NCBI RefSeq assembly: GCF_000143415.4
Contig: NW_003314386.1
Coordinates: forward strand, 1 to 40,826
Direction: 5' to 3'
DNA: 40,826 nucleotides
From: Selaginella moellendorffii
Taxonomy: Eukaryota > Plantae > Lycopodiophyta
The notes beneath the pieces were generated by a model. The model worked only from the letters and a program-made list of their open reading frames with translations. It made no database searches and had not been told where the DNA came from. Positions 11,275 through 22,601 of the stretch are shown one piece after another; the stretch's first letter is position 1; every line of letters begins with the position of its first letter. Made by a program: the position numbers and the translations under genes.

Positions 11275-11630
11275 TGCTGACGTGGCAGGACGCTGACGTG
11301 GCAGCGCTCGCGAGGATCGCTGACGTGTCAGGAGTGCTGACGTGTCACGAGTAACGCTGACGTGGCAGGACTCGCGAAAGACGCTGACGTGGCAGGAGTC
11401 GCGACCATCGCTGACGTGTCAGGAGTCGCGAAAGACGCTGACGTGGCAGGAGTGCTGACGTGGCAGGAGTTGGGAGTCATGCTGACGTGGCAGGAGTGCT
11501 GACGTGGCGGGAGTCCTGACGTGTCGGGACTCAAGGGGAAAAGTTACCTGAAAGAACCTCCACTGCTGACGTGTCAGGACTGATGACGTGTCGGGACTGA
11601 TGATGTGTCGGGACTGATGACGTGTCAGAG
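11275..11630 (+). promoter_or_regulatory. Tandem array of TGACGTG(G/T)C ACGT-core bZIP boxes in the B LTR
   Basis: About 15 copies, mostly within 17-27 bp GCTGACGTGGCAGGAGT units. ACGTG(G/T)C is the ABRE core and TGACGTGG the hex/C-G box. Confidence 0.7.
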
Positions 11631-11817
11631 CTCCCTCACTAGAAAAAGTATCGCAGCCTACACCGTGTGGTCAAATAGAGGGGGGGTCCGGGGTCCTACT
11701 GGAAGTATCGGAGGGTATAGGGGACTGACCTCTGCTTCTGTAGAAGGAAGTGGAAGTTGAGTTCCCACCTGGGAAAAACTGAGAGGAAACTGCTGTTTTC
11801 TGGGTTTTTCCAAAGAG

Positions 11818-12180
11818 AAGTCAGGCATGCTGAGAGGATCAGCTCTGGCTGTGGTGAAGCTGGGCAGGCTGTGCAGAGCAGCTCCAGCTGAAAAGCGGAG
11901 TCAGACATGTCGTGAAGAACGACTCTGGCAAAGCGGAAATTCGGCAGGTTGTCAAGAACAACTCGGATAAATTAGGAGCAAAAGACAAACTAGTCAGGCA
12001 GGCTGTAAAGAACAGCTCTGGCTGAGGTTTGGGCCAGGCAGGCTGTGCAGAGCAGCTCTGGCTAAGTGGAGAGTCAGGCAGGCCGTGAAGAGCGGCTCTG
12101 ACTAAGAAAAGCTCTTAGGAGCGAAAGACACAGGAAGTCAGGCAGGCTGTGAAGAGCAGCTCTGACAAGTGAAGGCTTGG
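11818..12180 (+). repeat. Second degenerate tandem repeat in the B LTR (GTCAGGCAGGCTGTGAAGAGCAGCTCTGGCT units)
   Basis: Multiple imperfect ~30-40 bp units; also in 18185-18545, 1280-1365 and (inverted) 32965-33200. Confidence 0.75.
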
Positions 12181-12737
12181 CTGAGAGTAAGTCCCTGATA
12201 GCGAGGGCAGCAGCCAAGGTGCCGGTGTAGCTCGTGGCAAGGCTACACTGTGAATCCGGACGAGGTGTGGGAAGGACTTGGGTGGAAACAGCCAAGTCAC
12301 GAGACACGCTGAGGCTGGAGGCCCGATACCGAGCCTCGTCGTGTGAGGTTCCCACTTGACTCGCTCGGGGGGAGTTAGCTCTGGCTAGCTCATGGTTAGG
12401 AGACTCTAGGTGTTGAAGCCTCCTGTTGGGTGATTCCTCAGAGGTGGATGTCTTGGGAGGCTAAGTCCACCAAGGGTCTAGACGTCGCAGTTAATCGAGC
12501 TCCAAGTGGATATTTGATGGTATGCTAAAAGCCCTCGTAGTCCAACGTGGGCCAAGGCTGCTTGAGACGGCAGTCGTCGACACGTATTGCCTCCGAGGGG
12601 TAGCACACGTTACAGGTGGGATCAGCAATGGCACCACCCGTTTCCCGTGTGGCCTCCAAGGGGTAATACGCGTCACACGTGGTATTCGAGAGGGTACCAC
12701 GTTACACGTGGTATCAGAGAGGGTGCCACGTCACACG

Positions 12738-12755
12738 TGGTATCAGAGCCAAGTT
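12738..12755 (+). promoter_or_regulatory. B primer-binding site (tRNA-iMet)
   Basis: TGGTATCAGAGCCAAGTT 2 nt after the LTR CA. Confidence 0.92.
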
Positions 12756-14849
12756 GATAAAATTTTTGTTTTTCAGTTTGTCGTGGACGGAGTTTGTCTC
12801 CATGAGATGGACTGAGAAATGAGAGGTTATCAACTCAAAATTTCTTGTGCCTTGTGAGTTGCGACTGACAAAATCCAGATTCCTTGCTGGCTGCAAAGTG
12901 TTTGTAGGCTAAGTGGTTGGAATGAGTTTGTCGGAGTTGGTGTGGATGAGTTTTTCTTCCTACCGATGGGTGAACCGACAAACACAGAGAGCTCATGCTC
13001 CACAGTGCTTAGGTATGGGACTAAGCTAGACTGTGGAAGCGTTGAGATGCAGGCATAACTAGAAAGGCTTGAAAAGTGGGGTGAAGTGCACACCCCATGT
13101 TTGGAAAGAACTTGTCCCTGTGAGAGATGTTGGATATCAAGTTCTTCGAGTTCTTCGGAGAGCTAGGATCAGTGGCTTGTAAGGGTAAGTAGCTAGCAGG
13201 AGGTTGCGAAAAGGCAAGTCACTGAGGCAGCTAAAACTCTGAGGGTGGTTTTCACTAAGGAGTGAAGGTTCACTCGGAGAGGGCCGAGTAGAACAGATGG
13301 AATGCGAATTGAGCTAAGTCCCGATGTACTCCATTCTGCCTGGTGCCTGATATACGTCAAATACTTGGTTTATCAGGACCTGTCTGATAAGAGTTCAGAA
13401 CAGACAAAGTGAAATTTGTTACCATTGAAAGAGTAATCGGACTTGGTAGAGAGGTGGACGAAGTGCCCCTCTGCTTGGTTGAGAAATTACTAGCTGCTAT
13501 CCATCTCTACAGGAGTGACCTTGGTAAAGTGAAAAGTACCGGAAGCAGGAAGCTTCTTGGTTAGGACGCTTTGGCCTTCTTAGCAAGATGTGAATTGCCA
13601 AAGGGAACGGCACTTGCAGAGACATGTGAAAACATGTTGAACCGAGGAAGCTGAGTAGGGAACGAGGAAGGAGGTTCAGGTTGTGAACTGCCCTGAGAAG
13701 TCCCCAAAAGATAAGATCGAGGTAACGCACTCGGCGGAGGCCTTGTGGTTACCACCAGAGCTGGTTATGTTCCGAGTGGTAGTGGCCGTGGGGGAAAGAA
13801 CTCCCCACTCGCAGGACAATGAGGCGAGACTACTTGACTTGGAACTCTCCAACGATAGATACATGGAGATACTGCTGAGTATTGCAGAAGGCTTTTGGAG
13901 CTAGAGGCAATACTGGGATAATTTACCGAGAGATAGAGTGGCTGGAGTAGGGATAAGTGAGAGTACACTACCCCACTCACCATTGGTTAGCGTAGACTTG
14001 GGTGTCTAGAAAAGCTGGACAAACCAGAGTTGATCGACGAGATGAGGTTGTCTGAGTTTCAGATGACTGAGTTTATACTTGGTGGGAAACGGGAAAGGAT
14101 CATGTTGGTGGTGGCGTAGAGAACTAGCGGTGGCTAGAGGCCTTAGGAGTCAGACGTTTGTGGCGACCCTAGGAGCCGAGTTACCTGAATGATCTTCCCT
14201 TAGTACTGGTGAGCATGGTAATAGCAAGTTACCATTCTGGTTCGTGGAATCAGAGGGCTAAGTTAAAATGGAGGGAGCAAGCGAGAGCTTGGATCTGGAA
14301 AATCCATAAAAACTTAGCTGGTTCATTCAAGTGTCGATCGGTGGAAGGACCCAAGTGAGGATGAAGTCTGACTTCATCCTCTAAGCTACGAGATAACTGA
14401 AGGAGCTACCTATGCGAGGCGAGGGATGGTGCACAGGATTGGGCAGGATCTTGCCCTCGACCTGAATGTCAGCTGAAAAGCTGATCGAAAAGTAGTGAAC
14501 GAGTCTAAGTAGCAAAGGTTCTGCTGCTGGACTTAGTGTCCTTGAGATATCTGGGTAGGGTTCCCTGGATATCGAGATAGACCGAGCTTGCAAAAGAAAG
14601 TTATCATGAGGATGAGGATTGGGCTTCTTGCTAAATCGGACATGGGGAAGTGGAGTTGTGATTTGCTGGTTTTGGTTGTGGGGTGTTAAGGTGGACAATC
14701 GACTGAAAGCAAGGCCATCAACCTTGTAGGTCTATTGCCACCGTAGGCACCTCCGGTCCTGCTGCCAAGGTTGAGAACTACACGTAGTATGATATCACAC
14801 GTGGTATCATGCGGAAGTGTGGTCAGTAATTCTTTTCTTCTTCAATTCT

Positions 14850-16050
14850 TGTACTAAGGTGATACTTAGGCAAGGGGCACCGTGATGGGTGCTTTAGCGG
14901 AAAAGAAGTGAAGTCTGAATCGACTCTAGTTTTGGAAGTAAGTGAACTTACGGATGAGTGGTGCTTGCGCTGGATGCTGTAGGATCTGTCCTGGTGAGTG
15001 GCTCAGGCTGCTCACACAGTTGATATCAGAAACCTTAGCATTTGGACTTGGAAGCGTTGGTCTGAAGTATGTTGACTGAGCACCAAAGACACCTAAGCGC
15101 TCTGCGTTGGGTGAGGAGTTTTGTCATGAGGGTCGTGGTCGAGTTTAGCACTTGGGTGATTCCAAGTGATGGCGACTATGACTGAGTCTCCGACCATGCA
15201 GTTGAGTGAGAGCGAGGGCACAGAAGCGGTGAAATGCTAAGTGCTGAGAGGCTGAGGCCGAGGCTCTACTCAACGGAAAGCTAAGTGAGAATATGGCTAC
15301 AGCTGTAAGTTCCACTCAAGGAATTGAGTGAGGCTGGCTATGGTTGTGTGACCACCTAGTAGTGGGTGATGGAGGATAACTAGTAAGCGAGAGAGTCAGA
15401 GGACCGGATTCACTGCGCGCTGTGTGTCCAGTAGGGGAAGAAACTGGACGACAGGAAGGTGAAAGTGCAAGAGCTGGCACTAGTAGCCGATAATCACCAA
15501 GTGTCAAAGTCGAGCTGCGATAGAGGGCTACGGCAAGGCAAGTGTGGTGACTTGAGTCCTTAACAGTTTGAGTGCTTCAAACTAAGGTGTTGAAGGTCGT
15601 AAATTCCAGTATGCCAGAGAGCTATTGGTGGACCACACGGCTAAGTACCTGAGCTGAAGCTTTGTGAGCGAAGCTCCAGAAATTGACGGATGTTCTCCCT
15701 AGAAAAGGTGGTGTGGTTTTTAGCTAAGGCTGAAGTGGTGTTTCGGTCTGGTCTTGAAACTCCAAAAGGAGGTTTGCCCTGAGTCGAGGATACTGATATG
15801 CGATGTGCACAGCATCTACTTGGTTAGGTATGAAGTTTCTGTGGGGTGCTGAAGTGTGTAGGCTTATTCGGGTGATTCCGGACGGACCTCGCACCTAAGT
15901 TCTAGCGATCAGAAGGTTCTGACTAACTGGGGAATTCATACCTAGTATCCGAGCGACCTAAGGCAAATGTTGATAGACTTGTGGGGGGACCCTTGTTCAG
16001 GGGGTCCTTAGAATAAGTAGCTAAGCAGTGAGCGCGTACTTAGGGATTCT
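14850..16050 (+). pseudogene. Extremely decayed RT/RNase H/integrase relics inside B
   Basis: Short motif ghosts in gypsy order: LTD...AVGSVL (~14947-14995), TEHQ (~15076), LVDHTAKY (~15625), GP...SDQ (~15883-15910). No frame continuity. Confidence 0.35.
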
Positions 16051-17356
16051 GCTATAGGCAGAGCTTTGGTCTGAGCTCTTGTTAGCTGGAAGCTGGATAT
16101 GGAAAGACGGGAGGAAGGAGTAGTGACCTACTTCTTATTGGGACTTAAGGAATTCCAAAGGTAGGCAGCTGAAGCTGCTAGAAAACCTTTGAGAAGTTGC
16201 AAAGCGTGGGAGCAGTCGGCTGCCAAGGCCAACTGCTTCTTCGTCCTTAACGACTGAGTGTCTGGAAGTACTAGTGGATGGAAAAGGCTAAGTCTAAGGC
16301 CAAGGTGCACCTGTGCACTTGTGGCTCTAACTTAGAGATATCCAGCTTATTACCTAAGAGTTTATCGCCCGAAAAGTTCATGGAGTGGCGAGGTAAGCCC
16401 TACCACCGTGGGCTCTAGTGAATGGCGGGGTGAGTCCCGACCACCATAAGCTAAAAACGAGAAGTTAAAATCCGCAAGAACGAAGATAAGTAGTTCCGGG
16501 AGCTAGGGCACAGCTCCTGTTGTCTTGAGTAAAGGGAAGAACTGTTAAGCGTTCGCTCAATGTGCAAGAGAATCCTTGGGGTTGAGCCTTGAGTGAACGA
16601 AGGAATTGACGCTCGGAAAGACAGAGCTGGATATCCCCGTGAAGTAAAGGCCGGCTAAAATAACCAAAAAGCGATTAGATAAACTCCCTCGAGACGCCCA
16701 AGTCAGAGATGTGGACTGGCGTATGTGCTATGGGTGCAAGGGGTCTCAGAGGTAGGAGTTAAAAGAATTAACGGGTCCCTTGTCACGTGAGAAAGGAAAG
16801 AGACGGTGAGTGATAAGACCGTGCCCTGGATTGCCACTGTGGTGGAGGTGTGGTTAGCTTCTTCACACAAGCCACCGTGAGGTGCGCACTGTCGCTGCGC
16901 CTTACAACACCTACTCCCTCTGGTTAAAATGTGAATCTGGTTTCAACACTTGGGGTGTTTGAAAGGACTGACGGGTCCCTGGCGACAGTGGCTCCTGGGT
17001 GCTTCTCTGGCTTAGGCCCCTGCTGAGGCGGGTGGGAGATCACCTAAAACGTGTTCCGCTTGGCGGCCGATTGGGATTAGATGCGGTGACGTGCGGGCGG
17101 GCCGACGGTTTTCTGCTGGTTCCCTCCGAAGAGAGACAAGGGGAGGGGGGTGACACGATACGGCCTGCGACGGGCCCGAACCTACTGGGCTGAAATGCTG
17201 ACGTGACCAGACTTGTAGTTTTGGTGGCTTTCTGCCAGGACTGCAAGGAAGGCTGGCGTGCAGAGTAGAGCTTGGTATTGGGGCTCGTGGGACGGGTGAG
17301 GGGGTAGGACCAGAAAGGGAACTGCCAACGGTTTTTGCACGAGGGCGTGCAATTGC

Positions 17357-17372
17357 AGGGAAGCGTGGTGGG
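17357..17372 (+). promoter_or_regulatory. B polypurine tract
   Basis: AGGGAAGCGTGGTGGG immediately before the 3' LTR TG. Confidence 0.75.
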
Positions 17373-19102
17373 TGTTACCGAGGTATGTCGTAGAGCCAGG
17401 CTGGTTCCGGTGGTACTTGGCATAAGGACGTAACATAGCTTCTCCGCTAAGTAACTAGTCCGAGCAGGCGTGGCAGGACTCGTGGGAGCCGTGGTAGGCC
17501 TTATCGCGAGGATGGTGATGTCGCCGGACTTAAAGTGCCGAGTAAGTGGCTACCGGCACTAAAGACGCTGATCGGCAGGAGTGCTGAGTTCAGTGCAGGG
17601 GAATTTACCAAGTACCAAGGGCTGCTGACGTGGCAGGACGCTGACGTGGCAGCGCTCGCGAGGATCGCTGACGTGTCAGGAGTGCTGACGTGTCACGAGT
17701 CGCGAGTAACGCTGACGTGGCAGGAGTGCTGACGTGGCAGGACTCGCGAAAGACGCTGACGTGGCAGGAGTCGCGACCATCGCTAACGTGTCAGGAGTGC
17801 TGACGTGTCAGGAGTCGCGAAAGACGCTGACGTGGCAAGAGTGCTGACGTGGCAGGAGTCGGGAGTCATGCTGACGTGGCAGGAGTGCTGACGTGGCGGG
17901 AGTCCTGACGTGTCGGGACTCAAGGGGAAAAGTTACCTGAAAGAACCTCCGCTGCTGACGTGTCAGGATTGATGACGTGTCGGGACTGATGATGTGTCGG
18001 GACTGATGACGTGTCGGAGCTCCCTACACCGTGTGGTCAAATAGAGGGGGGGTCCGGGGTCCTACTGGAAGTATCGGAGGGTATAGGGGACTGACCTCTG
18101 CTTCTGTAGAAGGAAGTGGAAGTTGAGTTCCCACCTGGGAAAAACTGAGAGGAAACTGCTGTTTTCTGGGTTTTTCCAAAGAGAAGTCAGGCATGCTGAG
18201 AGGATCAGCTCTGGCTGTGGTGAAGCTGGGCAGGCTGTGCAGAGCAGCTCCAGCTGAAAAGCGGAGTCAGACATGTCGTGAAGAACGACTCTGGCAAAGT
18301 GGAAATCCGGCAGGTTGTCAAGAACAACTCGGATAAATTAGGAGCAAAAGACAAACTAGTCAGGCAGGCTGTAAAGAACAGCTCTGGCTGAGGTTTGGGC
18401 CAGGCAGACTGTGCAGAGCAGCTCTGGCTAAGTGGAGAGTCAGGCAGGCCGTGAAGAGCGGCTCTGACTAAGAAAAGCTCTTAGGAGCGAAAGACACAGG
18501 AAGTCAGGCAGGCTGTGAAGAGCAGCTCTGAGAAGTGAAGGCTTGGCTGAGAGTAAGTCCCTGATAGCGAGGGCAGCAGCCAAGGTGCCGGTGTAGCTCG
18601 TGGCAAGGCTACACTGTGAATCCGGACGAGGTGTGGGAAGGACTTGGGTGGAAACAGCCAAGTCACGAGACACGCTGAGGCTGGAGGCCCGATACCGAGC
18701 CTCGTCGTGTGAGGTTCCCACTTGACTCGCTCGGGGGGAGTTAGCTCTGGCTAGCTCATGGTTAGGAGACTCTAGGTGTTGAAGCCTCCTGTTGGGTGAT
18801 TCCTCAGAGGTGGATGTCTTGGGAGGCTAAGTCCACCAAGGGTCTAGACGTCACGGTTAATCGAGCTCCAAGTGGATATTTGATGGTATGCTAAAAGCCC
18901 TCGTAGTCGCAACGTGGGCCAAGGCTGCTTGAGACGGCAGTCGTCGACACATATTGCCTCCGAGGGGTAGCACACGTTACAGGTGGGATCAGCAATGGCA
19001 CCACCCGTTTCCCGTGTGGCCTCCAAGGGGTAATACGCGTCACACGTGGTATCCGAGAGGGTACCACGTTACACGTGGTATCAGAGAGGGTGCCACATCA
19101 CA
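17373..19102 (+). repeat. B 3' LTR (1730 bp)
   Basis: TGTTACCG...CACATCACA followed by TSD TCTTG. Confidence 0.95.
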
Positions 19103-19806
19103 TCTTGTGGTCTTGGTATAGGGGGACGTTGTGATGGTATAGGACGAACAATGATCGTCTGAGTGTCCCAATCAATGTTGATATTCGCTAAAGGAGAGCT
19201 AATGACCTCCTGAGTAATCAAAAGTCGGAGAGGGCTGCCGATATCTTGATATTCAATTGCGCATCTCGTGCGCTTCGGAAGTGGTTCCCGAGGGTCCTTC
19301 CATGCATTCAATCCTCGGTTCCACCGCAGGTTTGTACCTGTAATTCTATGAGTTTTGGAGTCAATCCAACGGGCTGAGGCCCATGCTCTTGTGTTAATGC
19401 TGTGTGGTAGCAGTCTTTGCTCTGCGCCTCCTCGGGCGGCAACAAACGTCGGATTTCGCTCTTTGCTGAAGAAAACCCAGAAAAAGCACAAGTATGAATG
19501 TGGTAAATGCCCGTATACATATATCACCGGGTCATAAAAGTACCACCAAGCTTTCTGAGCCAAGATTGTGAATTCTCTGTCTAAGTAGATGTTTTCAATC
19601 CAGAAGAGCTCAACTAGCAATCGGCAAGTGTAAAGGCTTGTTTTGTCTTGGCTTCCTATGTATTCTTGTGTATGGATCACTAATCCTTGTTCCACGACGG
19701 TCACTCCTCTGCTGGGAAGAGTATCAACTACAAATGAACAAATAATAGACGTGATGTCTTTGGATAGATTTTGAAGCACTCGGTACAAATCCGATAAATC
19801 GGACAT
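19103..19806 (-). pseudogene. 5' part of A2 extra upstream ORF (unknown function, 320 aa reconstructed)
   Basis: Stop-free frame MSDLSDLYRVLQNL...RPPIPRPQD running up to the B insertion site. Confidence 0.75.
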
Positions 19807-19861
19807 CAACCGGAACAGGCCATCCGTATCTCAGGATCCTGGTTCCGAACCATCTCTACTT

Positions 19862-20383
19862 TCATTTCTTGAGGGTGAGCTCTGAGAGTGCCCACATACA
19901 TCCGATCCTGCGATGTTTTTCTTCAATTTGTCGTTGGACGTCAGTACTCCATGCTTGTGCAGAAGTTGGTGTCCTGCAAATGTATGAAATTCGTCCAGGG
20001 ACGAGTGCCAAGTACGACTCAGGAATGATGGTTGTGACTCGCAGCAGAGTTTCGGCTTGTGAAGTCTGATGAAGAGATTCTTCTGTGTGTTCGGCACGGG
20101 TTGTTCTTGTTGGAACGCGCTGGAATCGTGGAATGTATTTGTCGTCGTAGCAATTCTTTTGGTCCGTCCCCGAGAAGTTCGGATTTGAATTCCGACGTTC
20201 GGGTTCTGCGTGAGTAGATCGATTGTTGGCTTTCGTGTGTTGATGCCGGCGTTGTTGTGGTTGCACGTTCTTGCTTGAACTTTCTCCAAAATCACGTTTT
20301 GAAGGTTGAGGAGATCTTGTTCGGCTTTTTGTTGCAGGTGAGGTCCGTTTAGATTTGCCCCTCCGATTTTTCTCCCGTTGCAT
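19862..20383 (-). CDS. Possible further A2 leader ORF, 173 aa, with a basic R/K/S-rich N-terminus
   Basis: ATG-initiated, same sense as gag, ends ~55 nt before the 320-aa ORF; no recognisable domain. Confidence 0.3.
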   Translation of the reverse strand: MQREKNRRGKSKRTSPATKSRTRSPQPSKRDFGESSSKNVQPQQRRHQHTKANNRSTHAEPERRNSNPNFSGTDQKNCYDDKYIPRFQRVPTRTTRAEHTEESLHQTSQAETLLRVTTIIPESYLALVPGRISYICRTPTSAQAWSTDVQRQIEEKHRRIGCMWALSELTLKK

Positions 20384-21229
20384 GCGTAGAGTCGCCGTCG
20401 TGATTGACGTTGGTGTCTTCCTGAATCAGATGAGTGTATCGGAATTGAATTCCGTCTTCTCGGGATGCAAGTCCCGACTTCCTATAGCTCTACGAGCTGC
20501 GCTCACAATCCTCGGGAGAGGAGTCTTCTTGCTGCTCTATTGAGCTTTCTTTGGTAATTCCCTCAGAACTGTTGTTTTGAGGATCTTCTATGATTTCTTC
20601 AAAAAGTGTTCGGACGATTCGTTCAATTGCTGACCAGAAGTCGGATTCTGGTTCTTGATGCTCCGTTGTAGGTCGGCTCTTCTGGCTGGTAGGCTGTTTT
20701 GTTGAGAAAGGCAATTTGTAGCTATTTCCCTGCTGATACTTGCAAAGAACGTCAGTAGTAATTCTAAACGTGGGTAGAGCTTTCATGAATTTGGATGAGG
20801 AATGCCAGAGAGGGTAGAAACTTGAAGACGACAAACAATTCTTGCAGTGCTTGCCTCTTCCATTGTGCCTCAGCGCTCCTCCTCCTCGCTGTTGCTCATT
20901 GCATCCCCCTCTTCCTCCTAGCTCGGAACCTCCTTCTCATGTTCCTTCGCCACGTGTCAGTCGCCCATTCGGCTAGTTTCAATTTTCGGTTAGGATAACC
21001 GTTTCTCTCTCTCAAGGGAATATTTTCCCGGAATCATTTGGCATGATTAGCCATTCATGATTTGTTTTTGTCTCTGTGAATATCCTCCAGAGTACATTTT
21101 CAGTTAACTCCTCTCACTTATCTTCTTGGCATTCTATTTTGTCGGATTTCAATTCCTAAGTCCTCCGGGTAACTCTTCCGGGGTATTCATAACTTCACTT
21201 CCGGGAAACACATCCGGGGAAATTCAATA

Positions 21230-21410
21230 ATCTTTCTTCCAGGTAAACTTCTGGGAAATTCATTTAGTCAATCATCCGGGCAACACTTCCGGGGAATCAA
21301 TAATAAGTCATCCGGGCAATACTTCCGGGAAAATCAGTAGTCAGTCATCCGGGCAATACTTCCGGGAAAATCAGTAGTCAGTCATCCGGGCAATACTTCC
21401 AAGAAAATCA
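21230..21410 (-). repeat. 37-bp tandem repeats in the A2 5' leader
   Basis: AGTCATCCGGGCAATACTTCCGGGAAAATCAGTAGTC units starting at ~21306, 21343 and 21380, plus diverged copies. Confidence 0.85.
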
Positions 21411-22155
21411 ATTTGTCTCCCTGGCAAACTTCAGGGGAGAGACCCTCGGGTCTCGGATCATCATTCCTAAAACAATGTCGGATCACTATTCCGATAACAA
21501 TTTCGGATACCTCTTCCGATAAACCTTTGACACGTGTCCATTTGTAATTGGACCGGTTTGTTTGGCGGTTATTCCCGCCTCTCGGTGCTGTACCTTCCAG
21601 GAATTTCTTCTGGATTTTTCTGATTCTTTCAGGAATCTGCCGGATTCCCGCGAGATTCTGTGGCTGATCAACTCGCACTGCTGGCTCGGCCTCCCAAGCT
21701 CCGTGCGCTCCAGTATCTGTAAATCAATCAATGTATCTTCTTGGGTCTTACTTGTTTTGCCCAACTTCAAAGCAGGTTTTATACACCCGACTTGGGTCTT
21801 GCCTGGACTTTGGAAATCTTCTTCATGTGCTTTTCCCGTGTGCTCGGATGGCTTCAAGTTTCAGAATCCGGCGTTGCTTCTCACTGCTCGGCTTTGAACG
21901 TCTACACAGCAGTTAAGCTGCTCGGCTCAAAACGTCTACACAGCCCTGAGCGGTGCCACTGAGAACTTGAGCTTTGAATGATGCCAGAAAACTCTCTCTC
22001 AATTGCTCGGGTCTTAGTTGTGTGCCCGCTTCAGAACAGGTCGCAGTCACCCTGATCGGGCCTCCGATCCTGAATTCCGGAATTCAGTTCTTCAAAACTT
22101 GTGTCTTTTGTTCTCCACGCTTTCTTCTCGAATTCTCATCACACATGGCCTCCCA

Positions 22156-22172
22156 TCCCACCGTGGTCGCCA
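22156..22172 (-). promoter_or_regulatory. A2 PBS, tRNA-Arg(UCG)-type
   Basis: Minus strand TGGCGACCACGGTGGGA, 1 nt after the LTR end. Confidence 0.8.
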
Positions 22173-22173
22173 G

Positions 22174-22601
22174 TGAAAACCCCCGTCAGAAACCAAGCAA
22201 TTCATTGTTTACTGTTTCTGAGGAAGTTCTTGCTCTAAACTAAGGAATGTAAAGTCTGAGTACCGGATACTCGAATCTGAGTGTTGGATCTTGTAGCCTG
22301 AGCCTGATCCTTGCCTTCGATCCCTGGAAGGTGTGAATAAGGATGGGCTGTGGCGATGTGGATGAGATAGAGAAATGGAAGGTGATAGATAGTCGTGTAC
22401 AAGAAGAAGTTGGTTGATGAACAGGTGGGGGATGGAGTTAGGATTAGGGATTGGGATGAGTCAGGATCCCTAAGCCTGACTCTTCTAGTGGCCTCTCGGC
22501 CTTCGGACTACTCATCCTGATTCTATCCTAGTGGCCTCTCGGCCTTCAGATCCAAGGTCTTTGGATCATACATCCGAAGCCTCGGATTTTCAGGTTCAAC
22601 A
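22174..22601 (-). repeat. A2 5' LTR (428 bp)
   Basis: Minus strand TGTTGAACC...GGTTTTCA, homologous to the A1 LTRs. Confidence 0.9.

Larger units (their letters stand above)
11025..12735 (+). repeat. B 5' LTR (1711 bp)
   Basis: TGTTACGG...CACGTCACA; direct repeat of 17373-19102. Confidence 0.95.
11025..19102 (+). mobile_element. Non-autonomous LTR retrotransposon B (LARD-like), 8078 bp
   Basis: Near-identical LTRs 11025-12735 and 17373-19102 with TG...CA ends, perfect 5-bp TSD TCTTG (11020-11024, 19103-19107), iMet PBS, PPT. No internal ORF longer than ~130 aa. Confidence 0.95.
4763..22601 (-). mobile_element. Ty3/gypsy element A2 (same family as A1, inverted, 3' end deleted)
   Basis: 5' LTR 22174-22601, PBS, leader, extra ORFs and gag-pol 10783-4868; truncated in the 3' UTR at ~4763. 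Inserted in the A1 integrase coding region at 22601/22602. Confidence 0.88.

Noticed and set aside
11275-11630. CRISPR-like repeat/spacer array
   Set aside because: Spacers are short and themselves repetitive, the context is a eukaryotic LTR, and there are no cas genes.
12738-12755. tRNA gene at PBS-like sequences
   Set aside because: Only 11-18 nt complementary to tRNA 3' ends; these are primer-binding sites, not cloverleaf genes.
2973-22601. One element with long terminal inverted repeats (DIRS- or Polinton-like)
   Set aside because: Each arm is an LTR plus PBS plus leader from two separate copies of the same gypsy family; a DDE integrase is present and no tyrosine recombinase or polB was seen.
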